From contig NC_068994.1 of the NCBI RefSeq assembly GCF_001194135.2, positions 31,743,649 to 31,795,597 of the forward strand: a DNA stretch of 51,949 nt, in the 5' to 3' direction. How positions within the stretch are numbered: the first letter of the stretch is position 1; each line of letters begins with the position of its first letter. This stretch comes from Octopus bimaculoides. Lineage: Eukaryota. The position numbers and the translations under genes were made by a program. The notes under the pieces are model-generated. The model was not told the origin of the DNA. It worked only from the letters and a program-made list of their open reading frames with translations, and did not search any database. This document shows positions 1 through 12,830 of the stretch, in pieces.

Positions 1-197
1 GCGGGTGACACGTAAAAGCACCCACTACACTCTCTGAGTGGTTGGCGTTAGGAAGGGCATCCAGCTGTAGAAACTCTGCCAAATCAGACTGGAGCCTGGT
101 GTTGCCATCCGGTTTCACCAGTCCTCAGTCAAATCGTCCAACCCATGCTAGCATGGAAAGCGGACGTTAAACGATGATGATGATGATGATGATGATG

Positions 198-199
<2 letters not shown>
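1..199 (+). mobile_element. 3' end of young RTE-clade LINE with (GAT)n tail
   Basis: Near-identical to the 3' ends at 37783-37966 and 48667-48850, which are attached to RTE-type RT coding sequence; ends ...ggacgttaaac(gat)n. Confidence 0.85.
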
Positions 200-228
<29 letters not shown>

Positions 229-1014
229 TATATATTTAAGACTCACTGGTGTGTAAGATGTACATCCTATTGTAAAGGCTGTTTTTTTTTTCTATGCTGG
301 ACATGGGTGAGGGAAAAGTGTTGTTTTTTTTTGACAACACTCAAATATTTTTGATGACTGAAATATAAAATACATCAACTTTTTTTTTCCGGGGTGGGGG
401 GATAATTTTTAGCTTAAAAATAAATAATCAAATATAATTCAGCAGTAAATAATGGTAGCTGATTGATTGATTGATTGATTGCCTTATTGTTAACTTTTTT
501 TGCTTTACAACTAATTAATTTGTACTAATTTCTGTAATGCCATTGCAGTCTATTTTTTCTGCCTTTAATCCTTAATACAGCTTTTGAAAACATATGCAGT
601 ATGTGTGTGTGTGTGTGTACTTCTATGATTTTTTTTTATTTCCAATTTTCTTGTAAATGCTGGATTATATTTACTATCTTAATAAATTGCTTTCCTTGCT
701 CTGTGATACAATGGTAAAAATTACATCTTCCTTTCTTCTTCTTCCATTCAAATCAGTTGTTAAGCACAGCATTAAATTTTCCTTTTTATATGCATTTACG
801 CATATGTGCATGTATGTGTATATACATATGTATATGTGTGCATAAGACTTACTCACCTACACACATCTATATCTATCTGCTAAATGCATCGCATTTAATA
901 TATGCTGTGTACAGTTATATCTACTCTTAGTAGATATGTATCCTGAACATGTGTACATTACATATATCACGTGTCTTGTATTGTGAATGTAGAATGTGCA
1001 CATACAGGCTTAAC

Positions 1015-1063
1015 ATAGCCTTGTGAGTGGATTTGATAGACAGAAATCGAATGAAGTCCATCA

Positions 1064-1107
<44 letters not shown>

Positions 1108-1291
1108 TGTGTGCATACCCTTTCCAGTCTTCTATGGAAAACATGTCTGGCCATAGGAAATATTACCTTGTTTGGAAACAGGTGCAGGTTGGCAACAGGA
1201 AAGATATCCTGCTATAAAAAAATCTAACTCAACATAATTTGTCTGATTCACTCAAGCATGGAAAAGTGGACATTATAAAGATGATGATGAC
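1015..1291 (+). mobile_element. SINE fragment, RTE-tailed variant
   Basis: gccttgtgagtggatttgatagacagaaa (shared SINE body), then (AG)n, then a tail ending caagcatggaaaagtggacatt..gatgatgatg that resembles the RTE 3' end. Confidence 0.7.
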
Positions 1292-2229
1292 ATTATTCCT
1301 TATGGTTTTAGATTAGACTGTGTAACTCAATTCTTGTCCTTGAGTTGCAACTATTATTTCCAATTTGCCTACTCCTAGAAAGTATGAGAAATGGCTAATA
1401 TTTCCTTCAAACTTTGCTTTTGTTACATTTATTCAAACTCCAAAGAAACCTCCTCAACACATGGTTATGATGCTCTCCCACTACTCCTGCTCATGATCAG
1501 AGATGCACATATCGTCTGCCACTAAGGAACATGCTCATGTGGCTAAGGTCAAGCAACTGAAAAGCAAATCAGTTATTGAACAGAATATTTGCTATAACGA
1601 TATTTCTACTTCAGCAACTCAGTACTAAATCCATCTGAAATGTTATGGAAAATAGATAACTTTCAAAACATTGGTGGTTGGGTCAGAAAAGCAAAGTTTG
1701 AAGGGAATAGTAGTCATTTCCTTTGATTTCTAGATTGAAGCAAATAGGAAATAACACTTACTTGACCAAAGACAAAAAAAAGAAAAAAATTAAAATGTTC
1801 TTACACAATGTTATTTTTGATTTTCTTTACCATGAAATTGCTTTCTCAGTAGGTATACTTACTTCATTGTATGATATATGCTAACAGCTACTTTATAAAA
1901 GTTTTAATTAGCCCAATTCCTTGTAAAGGTTGAAGGTAGGGGAGAACATCACAAACCTGCTTAAGCAATATTTATTTTTGTTCTGCTTGAATTCTAAATT
2001 AAAATCTTCCCTGTTCCAACTTCCTCTTTTATCCTTTCGGAGGATCCATGGAATAAGTACCAATAATATTTATGGTAACATTTCAGTGCATCACATACAC
2101 ATCTTATTAAAAATCAGTGGCAATGTTGTGCCTGATTAAGCAGAATCATAATTTTTTTTCTTCACAGTTCCACAGTTAATCTGCTTGTTGTTTCATTTTT
2201 TAATGAGTTGGACAGATCTTCTTGAGCAT

Positions 2230-3270
2230 GGTGAATCACCAATCATTTCAATCCTTTATTGTCTTCTCTGCAAGGCTCAACAACCTGAGGTTAGTATTCA
2301 CCTCTTCCCTCTCATCTTCCTCACTTACCCTCATCCATTGGGTCCATCCATATTTTGCAATCAGCACTTCTTCATGCTACTGTCTTCAACCATACACATC
2401 ACATGGTTGTACCAGTGCAGTCTTGTTTTACACTCTACATGTAATACCTCTTATGATTAATTCTTCTCTCAACAAATTTGCACATTGTTGTACATACACA
2501 CCGATGTTGTAGATCCAGTGGAGTATATTAGCTTCACTTATTTCTAGTCTTCTCATGTCCTCTGTTTTCATGGCCTATATTTCCCTGCCATGTAGCATTG
2601 CTGTTCACATGCAAGCACCACACAATCTGCTTTTCACTTTGAGAGAGAGGCCTTTTGTTTCAACAGAGGCAATAGCTCTCTGAAGTTTTGCCAGCTGGTC
2701 TGTATTCTAGCAACTATACTTTCAGGACATCCCCATCCATTGCTTATTAGATCGCTTAGGTAACAGAAACATCTACTACCTCAAAGGATCCTCCTGGGCA
2801 TTTGAGAAAATCTATTTGATATGTTTCTTAGTGTTTATTGTTCATGTGCATCTGCCACAAACTCCTACCTGCACATTAGATTTGTCACTATATTCATTAT
2901 TAGCCCTCACCTTACAAACACAATCCCTATACATGGCTTCAATGGCTCTAATTAGCCATTCATCTGCTACCTTCCTCAGTGATCATCAGATCAAAGAGCA
3001 AAGGACCCTGTCAAAGAGTTTTCTCTATGTTAATGAAAGTTAAGTACAGCAGTTTATTTTTGGCTAAATACTTCTCCTGCAGTTGCTTTACCGGGAAGAA
3101 AACATGAGTAGTACTTCTCCTTGGCACAAAACCAAACTGCATCTCATCTAATCTAACTTTCTTCCTAATTAGTTGAGCTGTAACTTGCATAACCTGGTCC
3201 AGCAATTTGATACCTCTGTAATTACTCCTCTCAGAGGCAACTCCTTTACTCTTGTAACAGTTGACTTTAA
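2230..3270 (-). mobile_element. Decayed RTE-clade LINE reverse transcriptase fragment
   Basis: ORF 3011-3205 has EMQFGFVPRRSTTHVFFPVKQLQEKY..FINIEKTL (QFGF/STT/QLQEKY/DLEKAFD motifs); 2500-2730 is a diverged antisense match to the RTE at 47880-48087. Confidence 0.85.
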
Positions 3271-3828
3271 TACTGCTACATTAGTTGTTGGGTATGATAT
3301 CTTTATGTACAGCCTGATGAACTATATGAGTGACTAGGCCGTATCACATTCTGCCAAATACTTTAAGCATCTTAACAGAAATTCCTTATGGATCAAGGAC
3401 TTGTCCCTGTCTTTATATCCTTAATTGCTTTATCTATTATATTACTGTTGACTGGAATAGCTGGACCCTCTGTCAGGTTCACATTTGGAAGGCTCTTTTT
3501 TGCTCAGTTGACTAGTAGACTGAGCTATAGAAGAATACAGATGCAAAAATAATACAACACATCAATGAGTACACCTAATAAAAATACACAAACCACACAT
3601 AAAAATCTATTATGTGAAGCATAAAAACTATTGAACAGGTGAGCATATGAGGAAAACCCTCACAAAACAGAATACAAAATGCATCACACTTGATCATGAA
3701 CTTAAACTATTAATATTCTGCAAAAACACCAAAACCAAGAACCTTTATCTATAACACACCACAAACATATAAACCTGAGTACTAGTTACAAATGACTAAT
3801 ATAGTCCATAAATTTGACTATAAAATTG

Positions 3829-4020
3829 TTGGCAGGCTGGGAAAAGTGCTCAGCAGCATTTTGTCTGTCTGTACATTCTGAGTTCAAATTCTACTGAGGT
3901 TGACTTCACTTTTTATCCTTCCAAGATCAACAAAGTAAGTACCAGTTGGGCACTGGGGTTAATGTAATCAACTTAACTCAGTACCCCAAAATTGCTGGCC
4001 TTGTGCCAAAATTTGAAATT
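3829..4020 (+). mobile_element. tRNA-headed SINE with Nin/Deu-like central domain (old copy)
   Basis: gagttcaaattct B-box-like motif, then atccttccaagatcaacaaagtaagtaccagttgggcactgggg; matches copies at 8398-8626, 12666-12810 and 25925-26045. Confidence 0.7.
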
Positions 4021-4274
4021 ATAATAATAATAATTATTATTATCATTATTATTAGTAGTAGTCGTTGTAGTAGTAGCAGTAGTAGTAGTAGTAGTATAAA
4101 TAATAGTATTATAAAGATGGCAATCTAGTAAAATCAACACCTGCAGGACCATTTGTCTGCCTTTACATTCAAATTCTGCCTAGTTCATCTTTGCCTTTCA
4201 TCCATTTTTCTCCAAGATTTTATTGGTTTTGAATTGTTTTTAATGCTTCTGTAACTTAGCTTTTTCCTAGCGGG

Positions 4275-4430
4275 TGGGTGTCAGCCCTATGCAAACCTGG
4301 TTGCATCACTGGGAAGAGGTGGTCCATATTTGTTTGACATCTATCTTTGGACCTGTCTAACATGGGAGGCCTTAACCAGGAGTTTGCATTCCACTGGCAA
4401 AGCTCTCAGGGTTACTAAAGCACATAAGTC
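4275..4430 (-). repeat. Dispersed ~150 bp module resembling an RTE 5' region
   Basis: Reverse complement aligns with 16284-16450 and 39520-39660 (ctcccatg..gacaggtc..caaac..atggaccacctcttcccag); the family assignment is recollection only. Confidence 0.5.
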
Positions 4431-6451
4431 ACTACACTGCAACAAAGACTGGATCTTGTGGTGGTTTTATATGCACACACATTTTAAGTCATGTGCATGT
4501 GCACACACACACACACACACACACACACAATGGCATAGGATCACAGTGTCATTGATTTGGTTCTTTGATTGGAACACGTGTTGAGTCCTTCAGCAAAGCA
4601 TTTCACTATATTATTCTTACCATGTTATACTCAGATGAACTGAATAGCAATGAAATGCTGGTAGATAATGGGAGAAGGAGCATAAATGGAGACAGGAGTA
4701 CCTGGGTGGTGGAGGCAGAAATTCAACCACTTCTAAGGAACAAAAGCTATTATAATAGTCAGAAAGGGGATGTAGCACACTTATGACCCAGAGGCTGAAG
4801 CATGTCTGTGAGTGATTTTACACCAATCAGTTGCATAGCCTAGCCCTGAAGAGAAGAGCATCCCAGCTATGTTAAGGATCTGCTTTCACCAGGATAGATC
4901 CTTGGTGATAATGAGATCCAGCAAGGTAGACATATCATCTGTTGCACTTATATTTCTGAATCAGCCGTAAAGATAAGGCTTGATTGCATCATTTATTTGT
5001 ATATGCAACTTTCCATGTGAAGATACTCCTTGTGTCTAATTTTGCTTATCTATCTTTTCTGTACTTAGACATCTTGTCATCAGAACATTCTATGATTGCT
5101 GCATATTTTTCTTGCCTCTGGTACCAATTGGTTGGGAGTTTGAAAAGGGAGCTACAATTATTTTTATTACCTCGAACATTATAGTTATTCATTACTTTTT
5201 TTCTTTCCAATTTTCTAAGTTCTAAAACCTTAATTTATTGAATACAATGTTGATCTGCAATGAATATTTTTACAAAAAATATTTTAAAAAATAACCAACT
5301 AAAAACACGTGTAACATCAGTGTGCCATTGATGAAGTGTGGAGTTCATTGAAGAGACAACAACAACAACAATAATAATAACAACAACAGAAAGGGCCTAA
5401 ATGAATAGCTTGATTAAACCAATTATTATTTACTATTTTTCGGTTGTTTTATTTCATTCTTTCATTTCCCAGCTTTTAAAAAAAATTTTATTTACCTATT
5501 TATCTCTGCTGAAATGCTTGTAGTATTCTTTATATTCAAAGATCCTTACTTTCTTGGAGGGAAAGAAATAATAATAAGAACAATCAATAAAACAAAATCA
5601 ATAACATTAAAAAAAAAAAAATTGAAAATCATTTGAATGTTTAGTAAAAGGTTTCAATACTGAGAACCCAATTTTCAAGACCGATATTGAACTATTCCTT
5701 GAGGTTTACAATTTTTTTTTTTTGTCTTATTTTCCAGATTATAAAGACTTTTATATAACTTTGCAACAACATTAAAAAAAAAAAAAACGAATAAATGAAA
5801 CCTGTTGTTTNNNNNNNNNNNNNNNNNNNNNNNNNNNNNNNNNNNNNNNNNNNNNNNNNNNNNNNNNNNNNNNNNNNNNNNNNNNNNNNNNNNNNNNNNN
5901 NNNNNNNNNNNNNNNNNNNNNNNNNNNNNNNNNNNNNNNNNNNNNNNNNNNNNNNNNAAAATAATCAACATTTTAGGTTAAAATATATATGTATACCACT
6001 CACTTCTTTCTTACTTTAACCCTTTATTTCTTAGTATAAAGCCCCACCACACAAAACCATTTCTTTTGGGATTCATTGTCTTGCAAGCTGCATAGGAACC
6101 TAATAATGCTCATGGTAAAAGAAAAAAAAAAAAGCATTTTGTATGCATTGCAAAGTGGTTGGTAGTAGGAGCCATGCCAAAGTGGACACTGGAGTACTAT
6201 GGAGTCCTCGGACCTATCAGATCTTGTCAAACTGTTCAACCCTTGCCCGTCTGGAACATGGACCTTAAATAGAGATGCTTGTGTTGACAATAATGATGAC
6301 GTTGTATGTATGTATATCTCTGAATGCATACATATATATCTGTCCGTCTGTTCATCCGTCCATCCGTCCATCCATCCATCCATCCATCCATCTATCTATC
6401 TAGCTCTCTAGCTAGACAGACAGATAAATAGGCCTTCTCTCTCTCTCACAC

Positions 6452-6623
6452 TATCATCATCATCATCATCATCATCATCGTTTAACGTCTGCCTTCCATG
6501 CTAGCATGGGTTGGACGATTTGACTGAGGACTGGTGAAACCGGATGGCAACACCAGGCTCCAATCTAATTTGGCAGAGTTTCTACAGCTGGATGCCCTTC
6601 CTAATGCCAATGCCCTTCCTATA
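6452..6623 (-). mobile_element. 3' end of young RTE LINE, antisense, running into a gap
   Basis: (cat)n cgtttaacgtctgccttccatgctagcatggg... is the reverse complement of the 1-199 end. Confidence 0.85.
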
Positions 6624-6977
6624 NNNNNNNNNNNNNNNNNNNNNNNNNNNNNNNNNNNNNNNNNNNNNNNNNNNNNNNNNNNNNNNNNNNNNNNNNNNNN
6701 NNNNNNNNNNNNNNNNNNNNNNNNNNNNNNNNNNNNNNNNNNNNNNNNNNNNNNNNNNNNNNNNNNNNNNNNNNNNNNNNNNNNNNNNNNNNNNNNNNNN
6801 NNNNNNNNNNNNNNNNNNNNNNNNNNNNNNNNNNNNNNNNNNNNNNNNNNNNNNNNNNNNNNNNNNNNNNNNNNNNNNNNNNNNNNNNNNNNNNNNNNNN
6901 NNNNNNNNNNNNNNNNNNNNNNNNNNNNNNNNNNNNNAAAAATTCATAAGAGAAATTTCTATTCCCAAGAATATAAT

Positions 6978-7079
6978 TATTCGTTTATATTTATATAAAG
7001 GGCATTACTATAGAATAATGCCAAGTCTGTTGTGTGGCATTATTCTATAGTAATGCCCTTATATAAATATAAACGAATA
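6978..7079. repeat. Near-perfect inverted repeat, 45/46 bp arms, 11 nt loop
   Basis: tattcgtttatatttatataaagggcattactatagaataatgcca / tggcattattctatagtaatgcccttatataaatataaacgaata; single A bulge. Confidence 0.95.
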
Positions 7080-7112
7080 TATATATATATATATATATAT
7101 ATTGATAATAAC

Positions 7113-7144
<32 letters not shown>

Positions 7145-7499
7145 GGAAAATGGAGATGTTTCACATCCATAATTTTATTTTATTCAACAGGATCCTTACA
7201 TGACCCACATGTGTTTCAAATGCAGTGACTGCATGCTATTGGATATGCAACCTAGCATCATGGTCGGTGCAGTTTCATCAGGCCAATCTCAAAATGTTGA
7301 AACTTACGAAACTAGTCAGGGAACTTTTTGGTACCACCTAGTACACTATAGATTTAACTATACATTCTTATTGTAGCAGGCAGTCATCCTTTATTCTGTA
7401 GGAACATCTCAGGTTTTCTTGGAATTTGATTTTCTGGGTGATTTTCAACCTCGTAGAAGGTTTCTAAGAACAGCTGATTTTCACTGAATGCCTACTGAA

Positions 7500-7770
7500 T
7501 GTCCTATACTGATGTGAGAAATTGCTTATCTATTAGGTTTAAGAAGTTTCTACCAGTGTTAGAAGCTAAAGATATTACCAGAATATCAAAGGTAAGTAAG
7601 AGAACTGAATATCTAGCTCAATGTAATGCTTATATCTCACTGAAAGACCATAAGACTTCAACAATGGACCCACTTGTAGATTAGTGGACCCAGCTAGAAC
7701 AGAATTAAGATTAGCCAGTAAGAAGATTTTAAGAGACATAAATAATGTATTATGGAAAACACTAATCTAC
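7500..7770 (+). mobile_element. Penelope-like element RT N-terminal fragment
   Basis: Frameshifted translation AYISLKDHK...RLVDPARTELRLASKKILRDINN resembles the KDHK..RLINPAKSELG..SK.IL motif of Penelope-like RTs. Confidence 0.55.
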
Positions 7771-8015
7771 TGCTGTGCAATAGCACAACTGCTGTGAACT
7801 GCTGAACTAAGCTATGGGGACATAAACACATCAACACTGATTGTCAAGCAGTGGTATAGTGAGACAAACACACACAAAGTTTCAGTCTATCAAATTCACA
7901 CACAAGGCATTGATTGGCCTGGGGCTATGGTAGAACATACTTGCCCAGGGTGCCATGCAGTGGCACCACGTGGTTGCAAAGTGAGCTTCTTAACCACGCA
8001 TCCACACATCTGCCT

Positions 8016-8651
8016 ATTTATCTTTTATCTTTTACTTGTTTCAGTCATTAGACTTCAGCCATGCTGGAGCACCACCTTGAAGAATTTATTAATCGAATAA
8101 CTTGATCCCAGTACTTATTTTTTACTCTTTTTTTAAAGCCTGGACTCTTTTGTCAAACTGCTAAGTTACAGGGACGTAAACAAATCAATACCGGTTGTCA
8201 AGTGGTGGTGTGGGACAAACACAAGCATAGATACACATACACACACACACACACATGAGGGGCTTCTTTCAGTTTCTGTCTAGCAAATCCACTCACAAGG
8301 CTTTGGTCGGCCTAAAACTATAATAGAAGACCCTTGCCCAAGGTGTCACATAGTGGGACTGAACATGAAACCATGTGATTGGGAAGCAAGCTTCTTATTT
8401 CTTTATTGCCCACAAGGGGCTAAACATAGAGGGGACAAACAAGGACAGATTAACGGATTAAGTCGATTACATCGACCCCAGTGCATAACTGGTACTTAAT
8501 TTATCGACCCCGAAAGGATGAAAAGCAAAGTTGATCTCTGCAGAATTTGAACTCAGAACGTAGCAGCAGACGAAATACCACTAAGCATTTTGCCTGGCAT
8601 GCTAACGCTTCTGCCAGCCCACCGCCTCTTACCACGCAGCCACACCTGTGC
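8016..8651 (-). mobile_element. tRNA-headed CORE-like SINE interrupted by a second SINE; another decayed copy lies at ~7780-8012
   Basis: Antisense of head ggcacaggtgtggctgcgtggtaaga..agcttgcttccc, ccttgggcaagggtcttcta core, central (CA)n, tail tgactgaaacaagtaaaagat. Confidence 0.85.
8398..8626 (-). mobile_element. Full-length Nin/Deu-domain-like tRNA SINE with 5 bp TSD
   Basis: Antisense of ggcggtgggctggcagaagcgttagc...gagttcaaattc...ttttcatcctttcggggtcgataaattaagtaccag; TCTTA at 8393-8397 and 8627-8631. Confidence 0.85.
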
Positions 8652-8656
8652 CTATT

Positions 8657-8695
<39 letters not shown>

Positions 8696-11184
8696 AAAAA
8701 ACCTAAAATGGGTTGATGTACCACAAAGTCCCATTTTATTGAAATAGGAAGTAAGCAATGCAGTGATGGGGAAAAACAATTTGATTTTATTGATCTTTTT
8801 TTTTTTTTTTCCATTGAGTCTATATGCAACAACAATGTGTGAGTTATTAACTCTTTCCTGATTTGAAGATCAAATCTTGGCCCATTTTGCTCCAACTCTT
8901 TATGCATCTGAAAACCATGCTCCCTATAGAATAAAATTTATTTATATATATTTAGTTTCATTTAAATGAAACCAAGCTAGCAGCCTGCAGGCTGATTTCT
9001 TATGTGGAACATCGAGGTCAGTGGTGTATTCTTGTGAGTCTGTGAGATGCGAAGTGTCAGCAGCAGCAGCAGTAAAAACAACAGCAACAACAACAGCAGA
9101 GATTTCAGTGTTTATTTACAACCAAAATGTCACCTTCCAATAAACATTATTCTTTTTTTTTTACATCTGGTTATGATGGCAGAGTGCAATGTTAAGGTGG
9201 AGATGGATATTGTGGTGAAATGTAGTCTTTGTTAAGGTGGTGGTAGTGGAAGTGGTACTGACAGAAGTGGGGTGTAGTAGTGGTGGTGATGTCGGTGTTG
9301 GTGACAGTGATGAGGAGGGTGGTGGTGATGATGGTGAGGGTAACTATGTTAAGTAGTGGATGTAGTCTTGTATTAGCAGAGCTGAGAGTATTTCTATTGG
9401 AGGTGGTTTATGTGTTAACAGTGGTGGTGGTGGTGGTGGTGGCGGAAGTATCTATTTAGGGACAAGAGATGAGGGGCTGTACTGGTCTAATTTAGGGAGA
9501 AATACTTGTTATGGTTTAAATAAGTGGTCGTTATTTAACCCCAGGTCATCCTTGACTGAACAGACTTATAATCAAAGGTGTTCCACCTATGATTATACCA
9601 TCTTTCTTAAGATCACAAAGCATGAGCTTATAGAAATTTGGCTACTATTTCTAGCAGGCTGAGTAACAAGCAGAGGCACTTGTTAGCTTGTGAAAGAAAT
9701 GGTTGTGGTAGTGGTAATGGTGGTGGGGCATTTATTGGTGATCTGCTTAGAAGGGGATATGCGCGTTTTCGTGTATGAGTGTGGTGGTCTATGTCACAGT
9801 GGTTAGCCCTTTTTGCTGTATTGTATATCCATGGGTGGTCTCTGTGGTTGTACAAGTGGTCTATATACTGTTGTCTAACAGTTTATACAACAGTGCAGGT
9901 AGGACGTAACAAAGTGCTGTAGAATTACATCTACAGAAATAATAAAATTGCTAGTGTTGGACAAAATGCCTTGGCTGTAGAACTTGGTTAGGGCTCTTAA
10001 TATCTTGTGTTTTGGGTTCAAACTCCAGTTTAGTCAACTTAGCCTTGTCACCCTTTCAGGAAGGAAGGAAGGGGAGGATGGGCCATTAAAATGAAATACG
10101 AGTCAAGTACTGAAACCAATTTAAATATTCCTATAGACATCCTAGATATGAATGGAATTATAGTGGAAGACACACGCATATATACACACACACACACGAA
10201 AACGCGCGCGCGCGCACACACACAATCGTCCCAGTATGTTAAAGATTCAGGTCATTGGGTTTTTTTTTATTGTCTTTTTGTGTTTGGTCAGATACAAAAT
10301 GGTAAGTTGTACTACACTAGGCTTTCACGGCTTGATAAAAAATGTCTTTGAAGAGAGATTACACTGATTCTTGTAAGCTAGTTTTTGGCTGAGAAATAGA
10401 TAGATGAAAGAGAGTAAAACAGAGTGAGAAAGAGAGGAGGGATAAAAAAAAATATTTAAAACTAAATCGATAATTCTCTTTACGGTTTTATATTCTCCAA
10501 CAGAATATATCATCAGCAGTATTGCATTTGAAGAACCGATTCTAGGAAAAGAAAGGGGAAAAAAGATCATAAATAAACAAACACCACCAACACCAAATAT
10601 AGAGCTGCTGCATTCCATTCTCCAAGTAGGAAAGAAAGCACGTTTACCCCTCTCTCTTTCTTTCTCACCCTCTCTCTCTCTCTCTCTATCACACACACAC
10701 GCACGCTTTCTTTAAACAAGGGAGATAACCCTGAATTAATTATCGATTTTAAATTGCCACTCACCTGAATATTTTCTTTGCTTTGATATTTTTTATTAAA
10801 TTCATTTTGATTAAGGATATATTTAAGTTTTATTTACTTTATAAATATCTAACATCAAAGAAATTAAGCGTGTTGTATGTAAAGTAATTGTCAAGATCTG
10901 AATTACATTTTTTTTTTTTTTTTTNNNNNNNNNNTTTTTTTTTTTTTGTTCCTTTTTCGAAAATTCAAAGAAGTTCGCTTTGCAACTACGCGTTTACAGG
11001 CTCAAACCCACTGTGCGGTACATAGGGCAAGTGTTTTTCTTCCGTAGCTTTCAGTCAACCAAAGTTCTCTGAGTGAAATCTGGTAGTAATCCAGGATTGT
11101 CTATTCCAGAATAATAATTATAGCTGGCGTGTTCACAGTATGGAGTTCTTTTGATCATAGGTCTGATCAATTTTGACTTGTGGA

Positions 11185-11483
11185 CAGTGGGGGACTGGGT
11201 CTAAAAAGATTGGTTGCCAGGAGACGAAGGGGACCCACCCACAACTACAATGCTATCATTTAATTGGGGTTTTTTTGTTTTGTTTTTTAAGTATTCTTTA
11301 CAACTGTCGACAAATACAGCCTAGATGAAATAATTAATGCATTCTTCCAGGAGTGAATAACAAATTCTCAAACTTGAGGGGATGGGCCCCTTAGATACTA
11401 ACATGGGACCCCATATATGGATTCTAATGGCACAGGGGCCCACTTGCATCGGGAAAGCTGGCAACCTGGCCAGTCCGCCAGTG
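11185..11483. mobile_element. hAT-type MITE
   Basis: TIRs cagtgggggactgg / ccagtccgccagtg (12/14 match); degenerate 8 bp TSD cttgtgga / cttgcggg. Confidence 0.6.
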
Positions 11484-11929
11484 CTTGCGGGTCAGTGTTG
11501 TCATAAGGCATGGGGGCACTGGGTAGTTGCCCGGGAGCTTCATGGATCTCGGGGCCCAATTCTAATCTATGTATGCTGTGACGTTGTCAAAAGATAAATA
11601 CTATTGGGCTCAGTGCATCGAATTGTCTGGAAGCATATAACGCTGCTGGAGTGTTAAGAAAAAAAAAAACCACAAACAGGAATCAGCAGATATTAATGCC
11701 AGGATTATGATACATGAAAATTGGCAATGGTGAACAAAAGAAAAAAAAAAAAAAAAGAGAAATCGCAAATGGATCATTAGGGAAAAGCATAAATAGTCGC
11801 AGACATAGTTATGTGCTTCAGAAGTTCGCACCGCAGTTTGTTAGTATAATAAGCGCAATGCTGGGGAAATGTCTTCTATCATATCCCCTTGAAGTGATCA
11901 GTATTTTGGTATTGATAGAAGGAAACTGA

Positions 11930-12107
11930 GCAGCACATTGTCTGTGTGGTAAGAAGCTTGCTTCCCAACCACATGGTTCCGGGTTTAGTCACACTGCGTG
12001 GGACCATGGGCAAGTGTCATCTCTTATAGCCTCAGGCCTTGTCGGTGGATTTGGTAGACGGAAATTGAAAGAAGCCCCTCGTATAAATGCATGTATATAT
12101 GTGTGCG

Positions 12108-12153
<46 letters not shown>

Positions 12154-12302
12154 TCACCCTCCACGCTCGACAGCCAGTGTTGGTGTGTTTACATCCCCTT
12201 AACTTAGCTATTCTAGGCTTTTAAAAAAAGTCCTGGGGTTGATTTGTTCGACTGAAACTCTTCAAGGCGGTACCACAGCCAAATGACTGAAACAAGTAAA
12301 AG
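11930..12302 (+). mobile_element. CORE-like tRNA SINE
   Basis: tgtgtggtaagaagcttgcttcccaaccacatggttccgggtttagtc head, gggcaagtgtc core, (TG)n centre, gactgaaacaagtaaaaga tail. Confidence 0.9.
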
Positions 12303-12333
12303 ATGTGTGTGTGTNNNNNNNNNNATGTGTGCG

Positions 12334-12379
<46 letters not shown>

Positions 12380-12665
12380 TCACCCTCCACGCTCGACAGC
12401 CAGTGTTGGTGTGTTTACATCCCCTTAACTTAGCTATTCTAGGCTTTTAAAAAAAGTCCTGGGGTTGATTTGTTCGACTGAAACTCTTCAAGGCGGTACC
12501 ACAGCCAAATGACTGAAACAAGTAAAAGATGTGTGTGTGTGTGTACACAAAATTGTTTGGGTTTTTTCTTGAGCCTTAGGACTCATAAGACCGGCTTTCA
12601 AGGCGTATAAAAGATCGACATCACAATATTCCTCTTCAATGGGACACTGATCCATTACAGGGTCT

Positions 12666-12810
12666 AATACCAGCAATTTTGCGGCGGGTGGGGGGTAAAG
12701 TGGGAGCAAATCGATTACATCGAATCCAATACTTGACTGGTATTTTATTTTATCGACCCTGAAGAGATGAACAGCAAAGTTAACTTCGGTGGGGTTTGAA
12801 TTCAGAATGT
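12666..12810 (-). mobile_element. Nin/Deu-like SINE lacking its 5' head
   Basis: aatcgattacatcga..actggtattttattttatcgaccc..gatgaacagcaaagtt..tttgaattcagaatgt matches 8460-8560. Confidence 0.75.
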
Positions 12811-12830
12811 ACGTACATACATACATACAT

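Noticed and set aside
3312-3345. CTGATGA as a hammerhead core
   Set aside because: No stem II and no GAAA box follow
12325-12540. Exact tandem duplicate of the SINE 3' half (12100-12314)
   Set aside because: Identical copies either side of a 10-N gap, both bounded by (TG)n; most likely an unmerged contig overlap
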